From: Myxococcota bacterium
GTDB lineage: Bacteria > Myxococcota > Myxococcia > Myxococcales > Myxococcaceae
Assembly: GCA_049322255.1 (NCBI GenBank)
Contig: JBMORE010000135.1
Span: 1 to 64,000 of the forward strand
DNA length: 64,000 bases
Direction of reading: 5' to 3'
Every line of letters starts with the position of its first letter. The first letter of the stretch is position 1. Below, in pieces: positions 20,497-29,872 of the stretch. The notes beneath the pieces are model-generated. The model was not told the origin of the DNA, made no database searches, and saw only the letters and a program-made list of their open reading frames with translations. Made by a program: the position numbers and the translations under genes.

Positions 20497-21084
20497 TCAG
20501 CCGCCCTTTTTCAACTCGGTCAACACCAATTTCGCCACCGACTTGAGCGTGTCGAACACCCCCACCCCGGTGGGCGCCACCGCCTGGAACTCGGGGACGT
20601 TGCGCGGGTTCAACACCTTGCGCATTTCCTCGAGCGAGACGGCGTTGGGAAGGTCACGCTTGTTGTATTGGACGACGTACGGAATCTTGTTCAGGTCGTA
20701 GCCCTGTTCGGCCAGGTTGACCCGCAAGTTCTCCACCGACTCCATGTTGGCCTCCATGCGCTCCACCTGCGAGTCGGCCACGAACACCACCCCGTCGACC
20801 CCCTTCAAGATGAGCTTGCGGCTGGCGTCGTAGAAGACCTGCCCTGGCACCGTGTAGAGGTGAAAGCGCGTCTTGAAGCCGCGGATTTCCCCCAAAGACA
20901 GCGGCAAGAAGTCGAAGAAGAGGGTGCGGTCGGTCTCCGTGGAAAGCGAGATCAGCTTGCCCTTCGTCTCGGGGTTGGTCTTGTTGTAGATGTACTGCAG
21001 ATTGGTCGTCTTCCCGCACAGACCGGGGCCGTAGTAGACGATCTTGCAGTTGATCTCGCGGGATGAGTAGTTGATGAAGGACAT
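20497..21084 (-). CDS. mglA: MglA small Ras-like GTPase (polarity/motility)
   Basis: [41 protein letters not shown]. Confidence 0.98.
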   Translation of the reverse strand: MSFINYSSREINCKIVYYGPGLCGKTTNLQYIYNKTNPETKGKLISLSTETDRTLFFDFLPLSLGEIRGFKTRFHLYTVPGQVFYDASRKLILKGVDGVVFVADSQVERMEANMESVENLRVNLAEQGYDLNKIPYVVQYNKRDLPNAVSLEEMRKVLNPRNVPEFQAVAPTGVGVFDTLKSVAKLVLTELKKGG

Positions 21085-21099
21085 GGCTTCGTCGCGGCC

Positions 21100-21579
21100 T
21101 TACTCGCTGAAGAGGTTGTCGATGTCGTCGTCGGAGATCTCGGCGAACGGCGAGCCGGCTCCCGGGCTGTCCGTCTTCTTCACCAGCGCGTCGAAGATGC
21201 GCGTCAACTCGTCCGACGCCTTCTTGATGCGCAGGCGTACCAGGCCCAGGCTGGTACGGTTGTCGAAAATCACCACCAGCACCACCCGGCTTCCCACGAT
21301 GGTCATGTAGAGCGAGTCTTTCGCTCCTTCGTGGAACTGGTTGGGAAATTCGTTTTCTCCAATGAGCTTGGCCAACCCTCCCATGGCGGCCACGTTGCCT
21401 GCGGTGAGCGAGGCCAGCGAGGTGGTGTCGATGTGCTGCGTCTGCCCAGCGGCGGAGATCAGCTGGCCGTTCTTGTCGACGAGGAACACGACCTTCGCGT
21501 TCGCGTCCTTGGTGAGCCGGTCGCAAACCGCGTTGATCTTGTGAAACTCCTCTTCATACATCACCAACTGCTGAGCCAT
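21100..21579 (-). CDS. mglB: MglB roadblock/LC7 GAP
   Basis: LVMYEEEF...DTTSLASLTAGNVAAMGGLAKLIGE...EISDDDIDNLFSE; directly upstream of mglA. Confidence 0.97.
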   Translation of the reverse strand: MAQQLVMYEEEFHKINAVCDRLTKDANAKVVFLVDKNGQLISAAGQTQHIDTTSLASLTAGNVAAMGGLAKLIGENEFPNQFHEGAKDSLYMTIVGSRVVLVVIFDNRTSLGLVRLRIKKASDELTRIFDALVKKTDSPGAGSPFAEISDDDIDNLFSE

Positions 21580-21787
21580 TGGCTAGACGCTCCCCTCCGC
21601 CCGAGCTTTCCAAAAGAATTTCCGAGGGTTAGGTGCCACTTCCAGGAGTGGGCGATCCTTAGCAGACGGCAACGGCCTAGAGCAAGAACGGCATCGAATG
21701 CTCGTGGAGGAGGCAACCGGCGGCGAAAAAAGCAAGTGGAACTTTGTTTAGGCGGTCGGCTCGGGCCTCTCTATAATCCAGTTCGCT

Positions 21788-23338
21788 TTGCGCCCATCGA
21801 CCCGAGTCCGTGGAGCGACGGTGGTGATGGCTGCGGCTTTGGCCGCGCACGCCGCCGTTGCATTTGCGCAGTCCAACCTCGAGGTGAGCGCCTCCGCTCC
21901 GGCGGTGGGAGAGCTCGCCGGCGCCCGCCTGCGCTGGGGCGTCTCCTTGCGCTCCGGCGGCCAGCAGGACCTAGGCCCCGGGCTCACCTACAGCGGGATG
22001 ACGCCCAACGACGTGGCGCTGACGGGGTGGTACTTCGGAGCGGGGCACTTCGGAGGGGCGCTCCACCTGCAACGCGAGGGATTCGGCCTCTTCTCCGATA
22101 CCGCGCGGGTGACCCAAGGCAGCCTCTTTCGCGCCCACCTGGGCCCCAGCGCGCGCATCGCCTTGGGGGCGGTGCGGCTGGAGGCGCTCGTTGGCTACGG
22201 CTTCGCCCAGCTGCCACTGTTCGGGGTCTCCGTCGATCCCCAGTTCGCGCTGGCCCAGCGCCACGCAGTGCTGCTCGCCAGCCGGGCATTGGTCGACCTA
22301 GGGCCGCTGAGCATCGAGGGGCGGGGAGAGTTCCCGGTGCCCATCGCCTCGCGCGACTCCGCGGGCCAAGCGGCGAGCACCCGTGGCTTCGCCGCCGGTG
22401 GAGGCGTTGGCGTCAACCTCTTCGAGAGCGGCCAGCTCGCTTATGGTGCGCTGGCCGAGTACCAGCTGGTGCAAGACAGCCTCACCGCCGCCGACGGCAC
22501 GGTGTCGTCGCAGACCATGCAACGGGTGGGCCTTTCTCTCGAGGCCAGGTGGGTGCAGCCCAAGGGGCCGCCGCCTCCGCGGGTGGGCGCGCTTCTCATC
22601 AGTATCGTCGACGCCGACACCGGAGCGGCCTTGGCGGGGGCGCAGGTGCAGCTTTCCCGCGGCAGCGACCAACGCCGGCTCACGGCGGACGAGGCGGGCA
22701 AAGTCGCCGCGCTCACGCTCGAGCCAGGAGAGGTGGTGGTGCGGGCCAGCGTGGGCGGCTACCTCCCGGCGGAGGCCACCGGCACCATCGTCGCCGGAGT
22801 GGATGGCACCCTCGAGCTGCGCGCCAAGAAGGAGCCGCCCAAAGTGGGCTCCCTGGTCATCACCGTGGTCGACCGTGAGTCGGGCACGCCGCTTTCGAAC
22901 GCAGTGGTGACGGTGAAGGACGTCGAGCACACCACCAGTGAAGCGGGGGTGGTCGATGTCGCCGACCTGCCGCCCGGCCCAGTGCAGATTGCCGCCAGGC
23001 TCGAGGGCTACCAAGCTGGCCAAGAGGTCGCCTCGGTGGTGGTGGGCAAGCGCTCCGAGGTGAAGGTGCAGCTGCTCCAGGAGAAGAAGCGGGCGTTGGC
23101 CACCATCACCGGCCTGGTGCGCAGCGCGCGGGGCGGCGCGCCGGTGAACGCCGACCTCGAGATTCCTCAGCTCAAGCTCAAGACCAAGGCCAGCGCGCAG
23201 GGCGCCTTCACCTTCAAGCTGTTGGGAGGCACCTACAGCGTCAACATCTCGGCGCCTGGTTACGTGAGCCAATCGAAGAACGTCACCGTGAAGGACGGTG
23301 ATCAGGCCATCTTCAACGTCGACCTGCACCCGAAGTGA
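21788..23338 (+). CDS. Exported protein: probable small beta-barrel N-domain plus three carboxypeptidase-regulatory-like beta-sandwich domains
   Basis: Signal peptide (AFAQ), amphipathic strands, repeats such as VVDRESGTPLSNAVV and GTYSVNISAPGY. Confidence 0.7.
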   Translation: MRPSTRVRGATVVMAAALAAHAAVAFAQSNLEVSASAPAVGELAGARLRWGVSLRSGGQQDLGPGLTYSGMTPNDVALTGWYFGAGHFGGALHLQREGFGLFSDTARVTQGSLFRAHLGPSARIALGAVRLEALVGYGFAQLPLFGVSVDPQFALAQRHAVLLASRALVDLGPLSIEGRGEFPVPIASRDSAGQAASTRGFAAGGGVGVNLFESGQLAYGALAEYQLVQDSLTAADGTVSSQTMQRVGLSLEARWVQPKGPPPPRVGALLISIVDADTGAALAGAQVQLSRGSDQRRLTADEAGKVAALTLEPGEVVVRASVGGYLPAEATGTIVAGVDGTLELRAKKEPPKVGSLVITVVDRESGTPLSNAVVTVKDVEHTTSEAGVVDVADLPPGPVQIAARLEGYQAGQEVASVVVGKRSEVKVQLLQEKKRALATITGLVRSARGGAPVNADLEIPQLKLKTKASAQGAFTFKLLGGTYSVNISAPGYVSQSKNVTVKDGDQAIFNVDLHPK

Positions 23339-25461
23339 GCGATCGGCGAAATGGAAGCACCGCGAACGAAACCGGGAGCGGGACCGGGAGCGGGAGCGTT
23401 TGCGGGCATCGGGGACGCGTTCGGCCCACGGCGGCGGGTCACGTGCCCGGTCGCGTGGAACGTGATCCGACCCCGACCCCCGTCCCCGGAAACGCTCCCG
23501 CTCCCGGCTGTTGGACTTCACGCATCGCCTACGGCGCAATGGCCGCGCTCCTGGCGGCCTGCCCCGGCGACGACAAACCCATCGAGCCTGATGCGGGTCC
23601 CCTTCTCCAGGCGGTGGCGCACCTCGAATCGAAGAAGGGAACGGTGCTCGTCGAGCGCGAGGGAAAGAAGAGCCCCGCCGAGCTGGGTTACCTCTACGTG
23701 GGCGACGCCTTGGAGACCGGCCCACAGAGCGAAGCGCGGGTGCGCTTCCACGGCGGCCGCATCGTAGAACTGGGGAACGATGCCCGTTTCGTGGTCAGCC
23801 GCGACGAGTCGGGGCTGTTGCTGGAGGTCGCTCGCGGCCTGGTGCTCTCCCGGGTGCCCAAGGACGAGGGCAAGCCCGGTGAGCCGCTGGTGGCTCTCTC
23901 CATCGCCACCCCCTTCGGCATCACCCGGGTGGGCCGCGGGCAGAACGAGGTGTCGATCGACGTCGGCGCCGAAGGGGCCAAGGTCGAGGTGCTGGTGGGG
24001 CAGGTCGAGCTTTTGACGCGCAACGGCCAAGCGCTGAACGCGAGCTCCGGCCAGAGCGTGTCGATGTCGCTGGGACAGCTTCAGCTCCTTGGACGCGACG
24101 GGCCCATCACCCTCGAGCCCATCTCGGTCACCTTACGCGCCTCGGGCGGCAAGGCGGAGCTGCGCAAGAAGGACTCGAAGAAGTGGAAGACAGTGGGCAA
24201 AGCCGGCGAGGCCCTGAGCGAAGGTGACGGGGTGCGGGTGAAGTCGGGCAACTCGACGATGGAGCTTGCAGGCTCACCCTCGCGCTTCACCTTCTCCAAG
24301 GGCGCCGAGCTCGTCTTCGCCGCCTCCGGGCGTGGCGAGGGCCTGGAGCGCGCGGCGATGGAGCTCAAGAGGGGGCAGCTCGCCGCCAGCCTGGCCCAAG
24401 GAAAGAAGACCCAGGTGCTCTTGGGCGGGCTCGAGCTCACCAGCGACCTGGGCGGGCAGTTCACCCTGGCCAAGACGGGCGACGGTTACGAAGTGAGCGC
24501 CGCCACCGGAGATCTTCTGCTCAAGTCCGATGGAACCGAGCAGCTGGTGCGTGCCGGGCAGAGCGCGCGGCTGGGAAAGAAGGGAGCGAAGGTGCAGGAC
24601 ATCGGCCGCGAGGCGTTCACCCTGCCTTCGCGCGGTGGCCTCAAGGTCTTCCACACCGGGGTCGACCAGGCGAGCATCACCTGGAATGGCGGCGCGGAGA
24701 AAGACTTCCAGGTCCAGGTGGCCACCGACTCCGAGCTCAAGAACGTCCTCCTTTCCGGCCTGGTGCATGAGCCGTTCCTCAACGTGCCGGTGCAACGGCG
24801 CGGGGCGCTGTATTGGAAGGTGACGTCGGCCGACGGGGCAAAAGAGATCGACCGCGGAAGCGCCACCTTCGCCCCCGAGCCCAAAGTCGACGACTTGAGT
24901 CACCTGCGCAACGAGGTGGCCGAGGGCAGCGACACCGCCACCATCTACTACCAAGACCAAGACAAACCACCCGCGGTGACATTCACCTACAAGCCCGAAG
25001 AGGGCGCGGCCAAGTACCGCATTCTCGTCTACAAGGAGAACGCGCTGGACAAGCCGGTGGCCGAGCGGACGGTGACCGAGGAGCGCGCGAAGCTGGAAAA
25101 GGGTGAGCTCGGCGAGGGCGCTTACCGCTGGTCGGTGACCCCCATCTCCGCCACCGGGGAGGAGCTGCGCGGGGGGAACATGAGCCGGCTGGAGATTGTC
25201 TACGACAACGCGGTGACGCGGCTGGTGGTTCTGACGCCCAAGAATGGAGACTTCGTTCGACGGGGCTCGGTCGACGTTGCTGGCATTGCACCGGTTGGCT
25301 CCAGGGTCTTCGTCAATGGCAAGAGCGTGGCGCTCGATGACAAGTCGCGCTTCCGTACATCGGTGATTCCTGTGGGAACGCCACCTGCTGTTATCTTTCG
25401 TCTGTCGCAGCCATCGGGTGCCGAGGTCTATACGGTCCGAACCCTGCGGCGAGGAAAGTAA
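23335..25461 (+). CDS. FecR-domain lipoprotein (two FecR-like units plus Ig-like C-domains)
   Basis: LAAC lipobox, GDALETGPQSEARVRF, IATPFGITRV, VEVLVGQV, second LSEGDGVRV unit; start uncertain because of an inverted-repeat element in the 5' end. Confidence 0.72.
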   Translation: MSDRRNGSTANETGSGTGSGSVCGHRGRVRPTAAGHVPGRVERDPTPTPVPGNAPAPGCWTSRIAYGAMAALLAACPGDDKPIEPDAGPLLQAVAHLESKKGTVLVEREGKKSPAELGYLYVGDALETGPQSEARVRFHGGRIVELGNDARFVVSRDESGLLLEVARGLVLSRVPKDEGKPGEPLVALSIATPFGITRVGRGQNEVSIDVGAEGAKVEVLVGQVELLTRNGQALNASSGQSVSMSLGQLQLLGRDGPITLEPISVTLRASGGKAELRKKDSKKWKTVGKAGEALSEGDGVRVKSGNSTMELAGSPSRFTFSKGAELVFAASGRGEGLERAAMELKRGQLAASLAQGKKTQVLLGGLELTSDLGGQFTLAKTGDGYEVSAATGDLLLKSDGTEQLVRAGQSARLGKKGAKVQDIGREAFTLPSRGGLKVFHTGVDQASITWNGGAEKDFQVQVATDSELKNVLLSGLVHEPFLNVPVQRRGALYWKVTSADGAKEIDRGSATFAPEPKVDDLSHLRNEVAEGSDTATIYYQDQDKPPAVTFTYKPEEGAAKYRILVYKENALDKPVAERTVTEERAKLEKGELGEGAYRWSVTPISATGEELRGGNMSRLEIVYDNAVTRLVVLTPKNGDFVRRGSVDVAGIAPVGSRVFVNGKSVALDDKSRFRTSVIPVGTPPAVIFRLSQPSGAEVYTVRTLRRGK
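23384..23507. repeat. ~124-bp element with 18-bp perfect terminal inverted repeats (MITE/REP-like)
   Basis: CCGGGAGCGGGAGCGTTT (23384-23401) and AAACGCTCCCGCTCCCGG (23490-23507); inner CGGGGACG/CGTCCCCG pair. Confidence 0.75.
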
Positions 25462-27146
25462 TGGCTGCTCCCGCGAGCGGACAGGCGGATACGGCTGGAG
25501 AACACCCGCTGGCGGTGCGCCCTTTTGGCAAGTACTTCCTGGTGCGGAAGATCGCCGAGGGAGGCATGGCCGAGATTTTTTTGGCCAAGCAGGTCGGCGC
25601 GGAGGGGTTCGAGCGCAACGTGGTCATCAAGCGCATGCTCCAGCACATCTCCTCGGTGCCCGACTTCGTGGGCATGTTCCTCGACGAGGCGCGGCTGGCA
25701 GCGCGGCTGGCGCACCCGAACATCATTGGAATCAACGACCTCGGCCTGGCCGACGGCTGTTACTACATTTGCATGGAGTACCTGGCGGGAGAGGACTTCT
25801 CCACCGTCCTGCGCACTGCCCGGCGCCGCCGCGAGTACGTGCCGCTGCAAGTGGTGATGCGGGTGATCGCCGACGCCGCCCACGGCCTGCACTTCGCGCA
25901 CGACTTCGCTGACGACCAGGGCAAGCCGCTCAACATCGTGCACCGCGACATCTCGCCCTCCAACATCTACGTGACCTACCAGGGGCAGGTGAAGTTGCTC
26001 GACTTCGGCATCGCCAAGGCCGAGTCGCGGGTGACCAACACCACCGCCGGTGTGGTGAAGGGCAAGTACATGTACATGTCCCCTGAGCAGGCGCGCTCGG
26101 GCGCCGTCGACCGGCGCTCCGACGTCTTTTCCTTGGGGTTGAGCCTTTACGAGGCGGTGACCAACATTCGCCCCTTTGCGCGGGACAACGACCTGGCCAT
26201 TCTCAACGCGGTGCTGCAGTGCGACTACGTGCCGCCGCGCAAGATGCGCTCCGACCTGCCGCCGGAGGTCGAGACGATCATCGTCAAGGCGCTCGCCCCC
26301 AAGGTGGAAGACCGCTACCAGACGGCGGGCGCGATGGCCGCCGACATCGAACGCTTTCTGGGGGCGACGACCTCCGCCTCGGGAGGCGCCATGGTGGCGA
26401 CCTACCTTTGCTCGCTGTTCGGTGAGGAGCGCCTGGCCAACAAGACCCGCATCCCCACCCTCGCCAGTCTGGCGCAGAGCGGAGTGGACGTGCCGGGGTT
26501 CTCCAACCCGTATTCGCCCAAGACCGACCCGGAAGTCGACGAAGCCGCCAAGGACGCCGCCACCCGCGCGGTGGGGCAGCCTCCGACGGTGCAGAGGGCG
26601 CTGCGCCGGCGCAGAGGGGTGGGGGCGCTGGGGTTACTCGCGGTGCTCGCGGTGGCCGGGGTGACGTGGGGAGTGTTCCGGCCCGGTTGGACTCCTTCGG
26701 GTGGAGGCGGCGGCAAACCGGTGGGGAGCGACGACGCCGGAGCCGAGGCCCCGGTAACGAAGGACCTCGACGCAGGGAAGGTTGCCGAGGTGGTCGATGC
26801 CGGCGAAGTGGCGGAGCGCGTCGAGGTGCCGCCCAAGCCGCCGCCAAAGGGTGTCAAGCCCATCTCCCTGACGCTTCCCATCATCCAAGGCGTGGTGAAG
26901 AAGCGCTCCGGGGCCATCATGAAGTGCATGGAGCAGCACAAGGCCGACTTGCCCGCAGACATCGGTCAGCTCAACGTCAACTTCACCATCGTCAGCTCGG
27001 GCAAGGTGAGCCAGGCGAAGAGCGATTTGAGCGACAAGGCGGTAGGCCGTTGCGTGGAGGGGCAGATTCGGGCCTTGCGTTTCCCTCTCCACACCGACCG
27101 GGAAGTCAGCCTCACCTTGCCCTTCCGGTACACCATCAAGCGCTAA
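25461..27146 (+). CDS. Membrane Ser/Thr protein kinase with C-terminal AgmX/PglI (TonB-C-like) domain
   Basis: IAEGGMAEIF, VVIK, HRDISPSN, DFGIAK, YMSPEQ; TM; IMKCMEQ...GQLNVNFTI...CVEGQIRALRFP. Confidence 0.9.
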   Translation: MAAPASGQADTAGEHPLAVRPFGKYFLVRKIAEGGMAEIFLAKQVGAEGFERNVVIKRMLQHISSVPDFVGMFLDEARLAARLAHPNIIGINDLGLADGCYYICMEYLAGEDFSTVLRTARRRREYVPLQVVMRVIADAAHGLHFAHDFADDQGKPLNIVHRDISPSNIYVTYQGQVKLLDFGIAKAESRVTNTTAGVVKGKYMYMSPEQARSGAVDRRSDVFSLGLSLYEAVTNIRPFARDNDLAILNAVLQCDYVPPRKMRSDLPPEVETIIVKALAPKVEDRYQTAGAMAADIERFLGATTSASGGAMVATYLCSLFGEERLANKTRIPTLASLAQSGVDVPGFSNPYSPKTDPEVDEAAKDAATRAVGQPPTVQRALRRRRGVGALGLLAVLAVAGVTWGVFRPGWTPSGGGGGKPVGSDDAGAEAPVTKDLDAGKVAEVVDAGEVAERVEVPPKPPPKGVKPISLTLPIIQGVVKKRSGAIMKCMEQHKADLPADIGQLNVNFTIVSSGKVSQAKSDLSDKAVGRCVEGQIRALRFPLHTDREVSLTLPFRYTIKR

Positions 27147-27182
27147 CCCCCACTCCCCCTAGGAAAGGGTTGGGGTGAGGGG
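27147..27182 (-). repeat. REP-like repeat copy 2 (between convergent kinase and recR)
   Basis: Reverse complement CCCCTCACCCCAACCCTTTCCTAGGGGGAGTGGGGG. Confidence 0.75.
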
Positions 27183-27187
27183 TGCAG

Positions 27188-27781
27188 CTACAGCTCCCGC
27201 CGAGCGGACAGCGCGCGCGCCAGCGTCGCCTGGTCGGCGTACTCCAAATCTCCTCCCATCGGCAGTCCCTGGGCGAGCCGGCTGATGCGCAAGCCCAGCG
27301 GTTTGAGCAGGCGGGTGAGGTAGAGGGCGGTGGCCTCGCCCTCGACGTCCGGGTTGGTGGCGACGATCACCTCCGTCACCTGGCCGCCGTGCAGCCGCGT
27401 GAGCAGCTCTTTGATGCGCAGTTGGTCGGGGCCGATGCCTTCCAGCGGCGAGAGGACGCCGTGCAGCACGTGGTAGCGGCCTTTGAACTCGCGGGTGCGC
27501 TCGAGGGCGAGCAGGTCGGCCACCCCCTCCACCACACACAAGACGCGGTCGTCGCGGCGGCCGTCGCGGCAGAAATGACACAGCGCCTCGTCGGTGAGCG
27601 CGTAGCACTGCTCGCACAGGCGCACCTTGTCCACCACCTCCGTCAGCGCCGTCGCCAGCTCGCGGGCATACTCCTTGGGCGCGCGCAGCACGTGGAAGGC
27701 CAGCCGCTGCGCCGTCTTCTCGCCGATGCCCGGCAGCTTCGCCAGCTGCGCCACCAGCCGGTTGAGCGGGTCGGGGGTCAT
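27188..27781 (-). CDS. recR: Recombination mediator RecR
   Basis: LPGIGEKTAQRLAF, C4 zinc finger, YHVLHGVLSPLEGIGP, ATNPDVEGEATA. Confidence 0.97.
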   Translation of the reverse strand: MTPDPLNRLVAQLAKLPGIGEKTAQRLAFHVLRAPKEYARELATALTEVVDKVRLCEQCYALTDEALCHFCRDGRRDDRVLCVVEGVADLLALERTREFKGRYHVLHGVLSPLEGIGPDQLRIKELLTRLHGGQVTEVIVATNPDVEGEATALYLTRLLKPLGLRISRLAQGLPMGGDLEYADQATLARALSARREL

Positions 27782-28099
27782 CTACATCAGCCCGGGAATC
27801 TTCACCCCGCCGGAGATTTTCCCCAGCTCGGCGTTCATCCGGTCGCGGCTGGCGGTGAGCGCGGCGTTCACCGCGGCGGTGACCAAGTCTTCGAGCAGGG
27901 AAGGGTCGGAGGCGTCGACCGCCTTGGGGTCGATTTTCACCGCGCGAATCTCCTGCACGCAGTTGGCGGTGACCGTCACCAGCCCGTCGCCCGACTTGCC
28001 CTCGACGGTCTCCTCGGCGAGCTCTCTTTTTCGCTGCTCGATTTTCTCGGTCAGTTTGTTCGCCTGGCGAATGAAGTAGTTGAGGTCGATGCCTGGCAT
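27782..28099 (-). CDS. ybaB: YbaB/EbfC nucleoid-associated protein
   Basis: VEGKSGDGLVTV, LEDLVTAAVNAA; between dnaX and recR. Confidence 0.93.
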   Translation of the reverse strand: MPGIDLNYFIRQANKLTEKIEQRKRELAEETVEGKSGDGLVTVTANCVQEIRAVKIDPKAVDASDPSLLEDLVTAAVNAALTASRDRMNAELGKISGGVKIPGLM

Positions 28100-28118
28100 G
28101 CCACGCAATCTACCTCAA

Positions 28119-28631
28119 TCAACCCTCTTCGGGGGGAGGAGCTTCGCCGCCGTCGACCGGTTGCTCCTCCTCCAACACGCGCACGAATTCAATCTCCCCG
28201 CCCAGGCGGCGTAAGGTGGCCTGCACCGCCGGGTGCGCGCGCACCTTGCCCTCGAGGTCCTTCTCCCGCACCGCCTTCGCCCGTGCTTCCTCCTCGGCCA
28301 GGGAGCTGGGGGCCGGGGTGTCGGCGGGTGCCTCGATGATGCGGGTCGGGCAGCGAAAGTGGTCGGAGAGCGCCTTTTCGACGAGTGGGCGCGCGGTGCC
28401 GGTGACGGTGGCGCGGTGAAAGGCGGCGTCGCGGGGGAAGGCGAGGGTGACCGCGCCCGGTTCGAGCTTCACCAGCCGGCCGAAGCCGAGCGATTTACCG
28501 TGGCGTGCCGAAACCGCCTTCACCGCATTCACCGCCGCGCGCCACTCCCCCTCTCCTTTTGGGAGCGGGTCGGGGTGAGGGGCGCCCACCCAAGGAGCAC
28601 CCGCCAAAGGCGTCTCACGCTCAGGCGCGAA
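28119..28631 (-). CDS. DnaX tau-like C-terminal segment in the +1 frame relative to dnaX (frameshift extension or separate gene)
   Basis: WRAAVNAVK...HGKSLGFGRLVKLEPGAVTLAF...VRAHPAVQATLRRLGGEIEFVRV; no strong own start; left boundary set at the candidate shift site. Confidence 0.65.
   Translation of the reverse strand, partial: FAPERETPLAGAPWVGAPHPDPLPKGEGEWRAAVNAVKAVSARHGKSLGFGRLVKLEPGAVTLAFPRDAAFHRATVTGTARPLVEKALSDHFRCPTRIIEAPADTPAPSSLAEEEARAKAVREKDLEGKVRAHPAVQATLRRLGGEIEFVRVLEEEQPVDGGEAPPPEEG
28547..28582 (-). repeat. REP-like repeat copy 3 (inside the dnaX C-terminal reading frame)
   Basis: Reverse complement CCCCTCACCCCGACCCGCTCCCAAAAGGAGAGGGGG; translated as PHPDPLPKGEG. Confidence 0.75.
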
Positions 28632-29829
28632 AGCTCGGCGCCGCGGAGCGACCTCCGGGCGCTCCGGCAGATGGCTTGGTGTCGGTGGCGCTTTGGCCTT
28701 GGGCGAGCCGTTCGACCTTGGCAACCAACTCGGGAATAGAGGCGGCCGGGGCCAGCTGCACCGCCTTGAGCAGGGCCATCTCCAGGGTGAGCTTGGGCTG
28801 GGCAGCGCGGGAAATCTCCCAGACGACGCCATGCACCACGTCGAAGATGCGCGCGAGCTGAGCGGGATTTGCCTCTTGGGCAAGGGTGGCCACCGCCTTC
28901 TTGTCGCTGTCGGCGAGCTCGGCGGGAGGCTCGCCCACCGCCTGGGCGACGAAGACGTGGCGTATCTGGAAGGCAATCTCCTCGGCCAGCCGGCGCAGGT
29001 CCACCCCGCGGTTGAACACTTCGTCGACGGTAGAAAGAATGGTCTTGGCGTCGCGCCGCACCAGCGCTTCGGCGAAGGCGTGTACCACCGTGCGGTCGAT
29101 CGCTCCCAACGCCTCGGCCACCGCCTCGTCGGAGGGGTTGGGCCCGCACGCGGAGAGGATTTGGTCCATCAAGGAGAGCGCGTCGCGCATGCCTCCCTCG
29201 GACTGACGCACCACCATGGAGAGCGCGCGGTCGGACAAGCCCGCATCTTCGGCGGCGGAGATTTCTTTCAACCGCGTGAGCATGCGCGCACCCGAGATGC
29301 GGCGGAAGTTGTGCCGCTGGCAACGGGAGAGAATGGTGTCGGGCAGCTTGTGGGGCTCGGTGGTGGCAAAGATGAACTTCACGTGCCCCGGGGGCTCCTC
29401 GAGCGTCTTGAGCAGCGCGTTGAACGCCGCCCCCGAGAGCATGTGCACCTCGTCGATGATGTAAATCTTGTGCCGGTCGCGCTGGGGCAGGTACTTGGCG
29501 TTTTCGCGAATCTCGCGCACGTTCTCCACGCCGTTGTTGGAGGCGCCGTCGATCTCCGCCACGTCCACGCAAGTGCCGGCGGCGATCTCGGTGCAGGCCT
29601 GGCACTTTCCGCACGGCTCGACGGTGGGCCCCTTTTCGCAGTTGAGCGCCTTGGCCAAAAGCCTCGCCGCCGTCGTCTTGCCCACGCCCCGCGGGCCGCT
29701 GAACAAATAGGCGTGCGCCACCCGGTCGAGCTTGAGGGCGTTCTCGATGGTGCGGACCACGTGCTCCTGGCCGGTCATGTCCTGAAACGTCTGGGGCCGC
29801 CACTTGCGCGCGAGGACGAGGTAGCTCAT
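28621..29829 (-). CDS. dnaX: DNA polymerase III subunit gamma/tau (zero-frame product ~402 aa)
   Basis: MSYLVLARKWRPQTF, GPRGVGKTT, C4 zinc motif, IIDEVHML, SRC, GGMRDALS. Confidence 0.96.
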   Translation of the reverse strand: MSYLVLARKWRPQTFQDMTGQEHVVRTIENALKLDRVAHAYLFSGPRGVGKTTAARLLAKALNCEKGPTVEPCGKCQACTEIAAGTCVDVAEIDGASNNGVENVREIRENAKYLPQRDRHKIYIIDEVHMLSGAAFNALLKTLEEPPGHVKFIFATTEPHKLPDTILSRCQRHNFRRISGARMLTRLKEISAAEDAGLSDRALSMVVRQSEGGMRDALSLMDQILSACGPNPSDEAVAEALGAIDRTVVHAFAEALVRRDAKTILSTVDEVFNRGVDLRRLAEEIAFQIRHVFVAQAVGEPPAELADSDKKAVATLAQEANPAQLARIFDVVHGVVWEISRAAQPKLTLEMALLKAVQLAPAASIPELVAKVERLAQGQSATDTKPSAGAPGGRSAAPSFRA

Positions 29830-29872
29830 AGGAGGTCGCCAAGCTAACGGATGGCTTCCGCCCCGTCCACGA

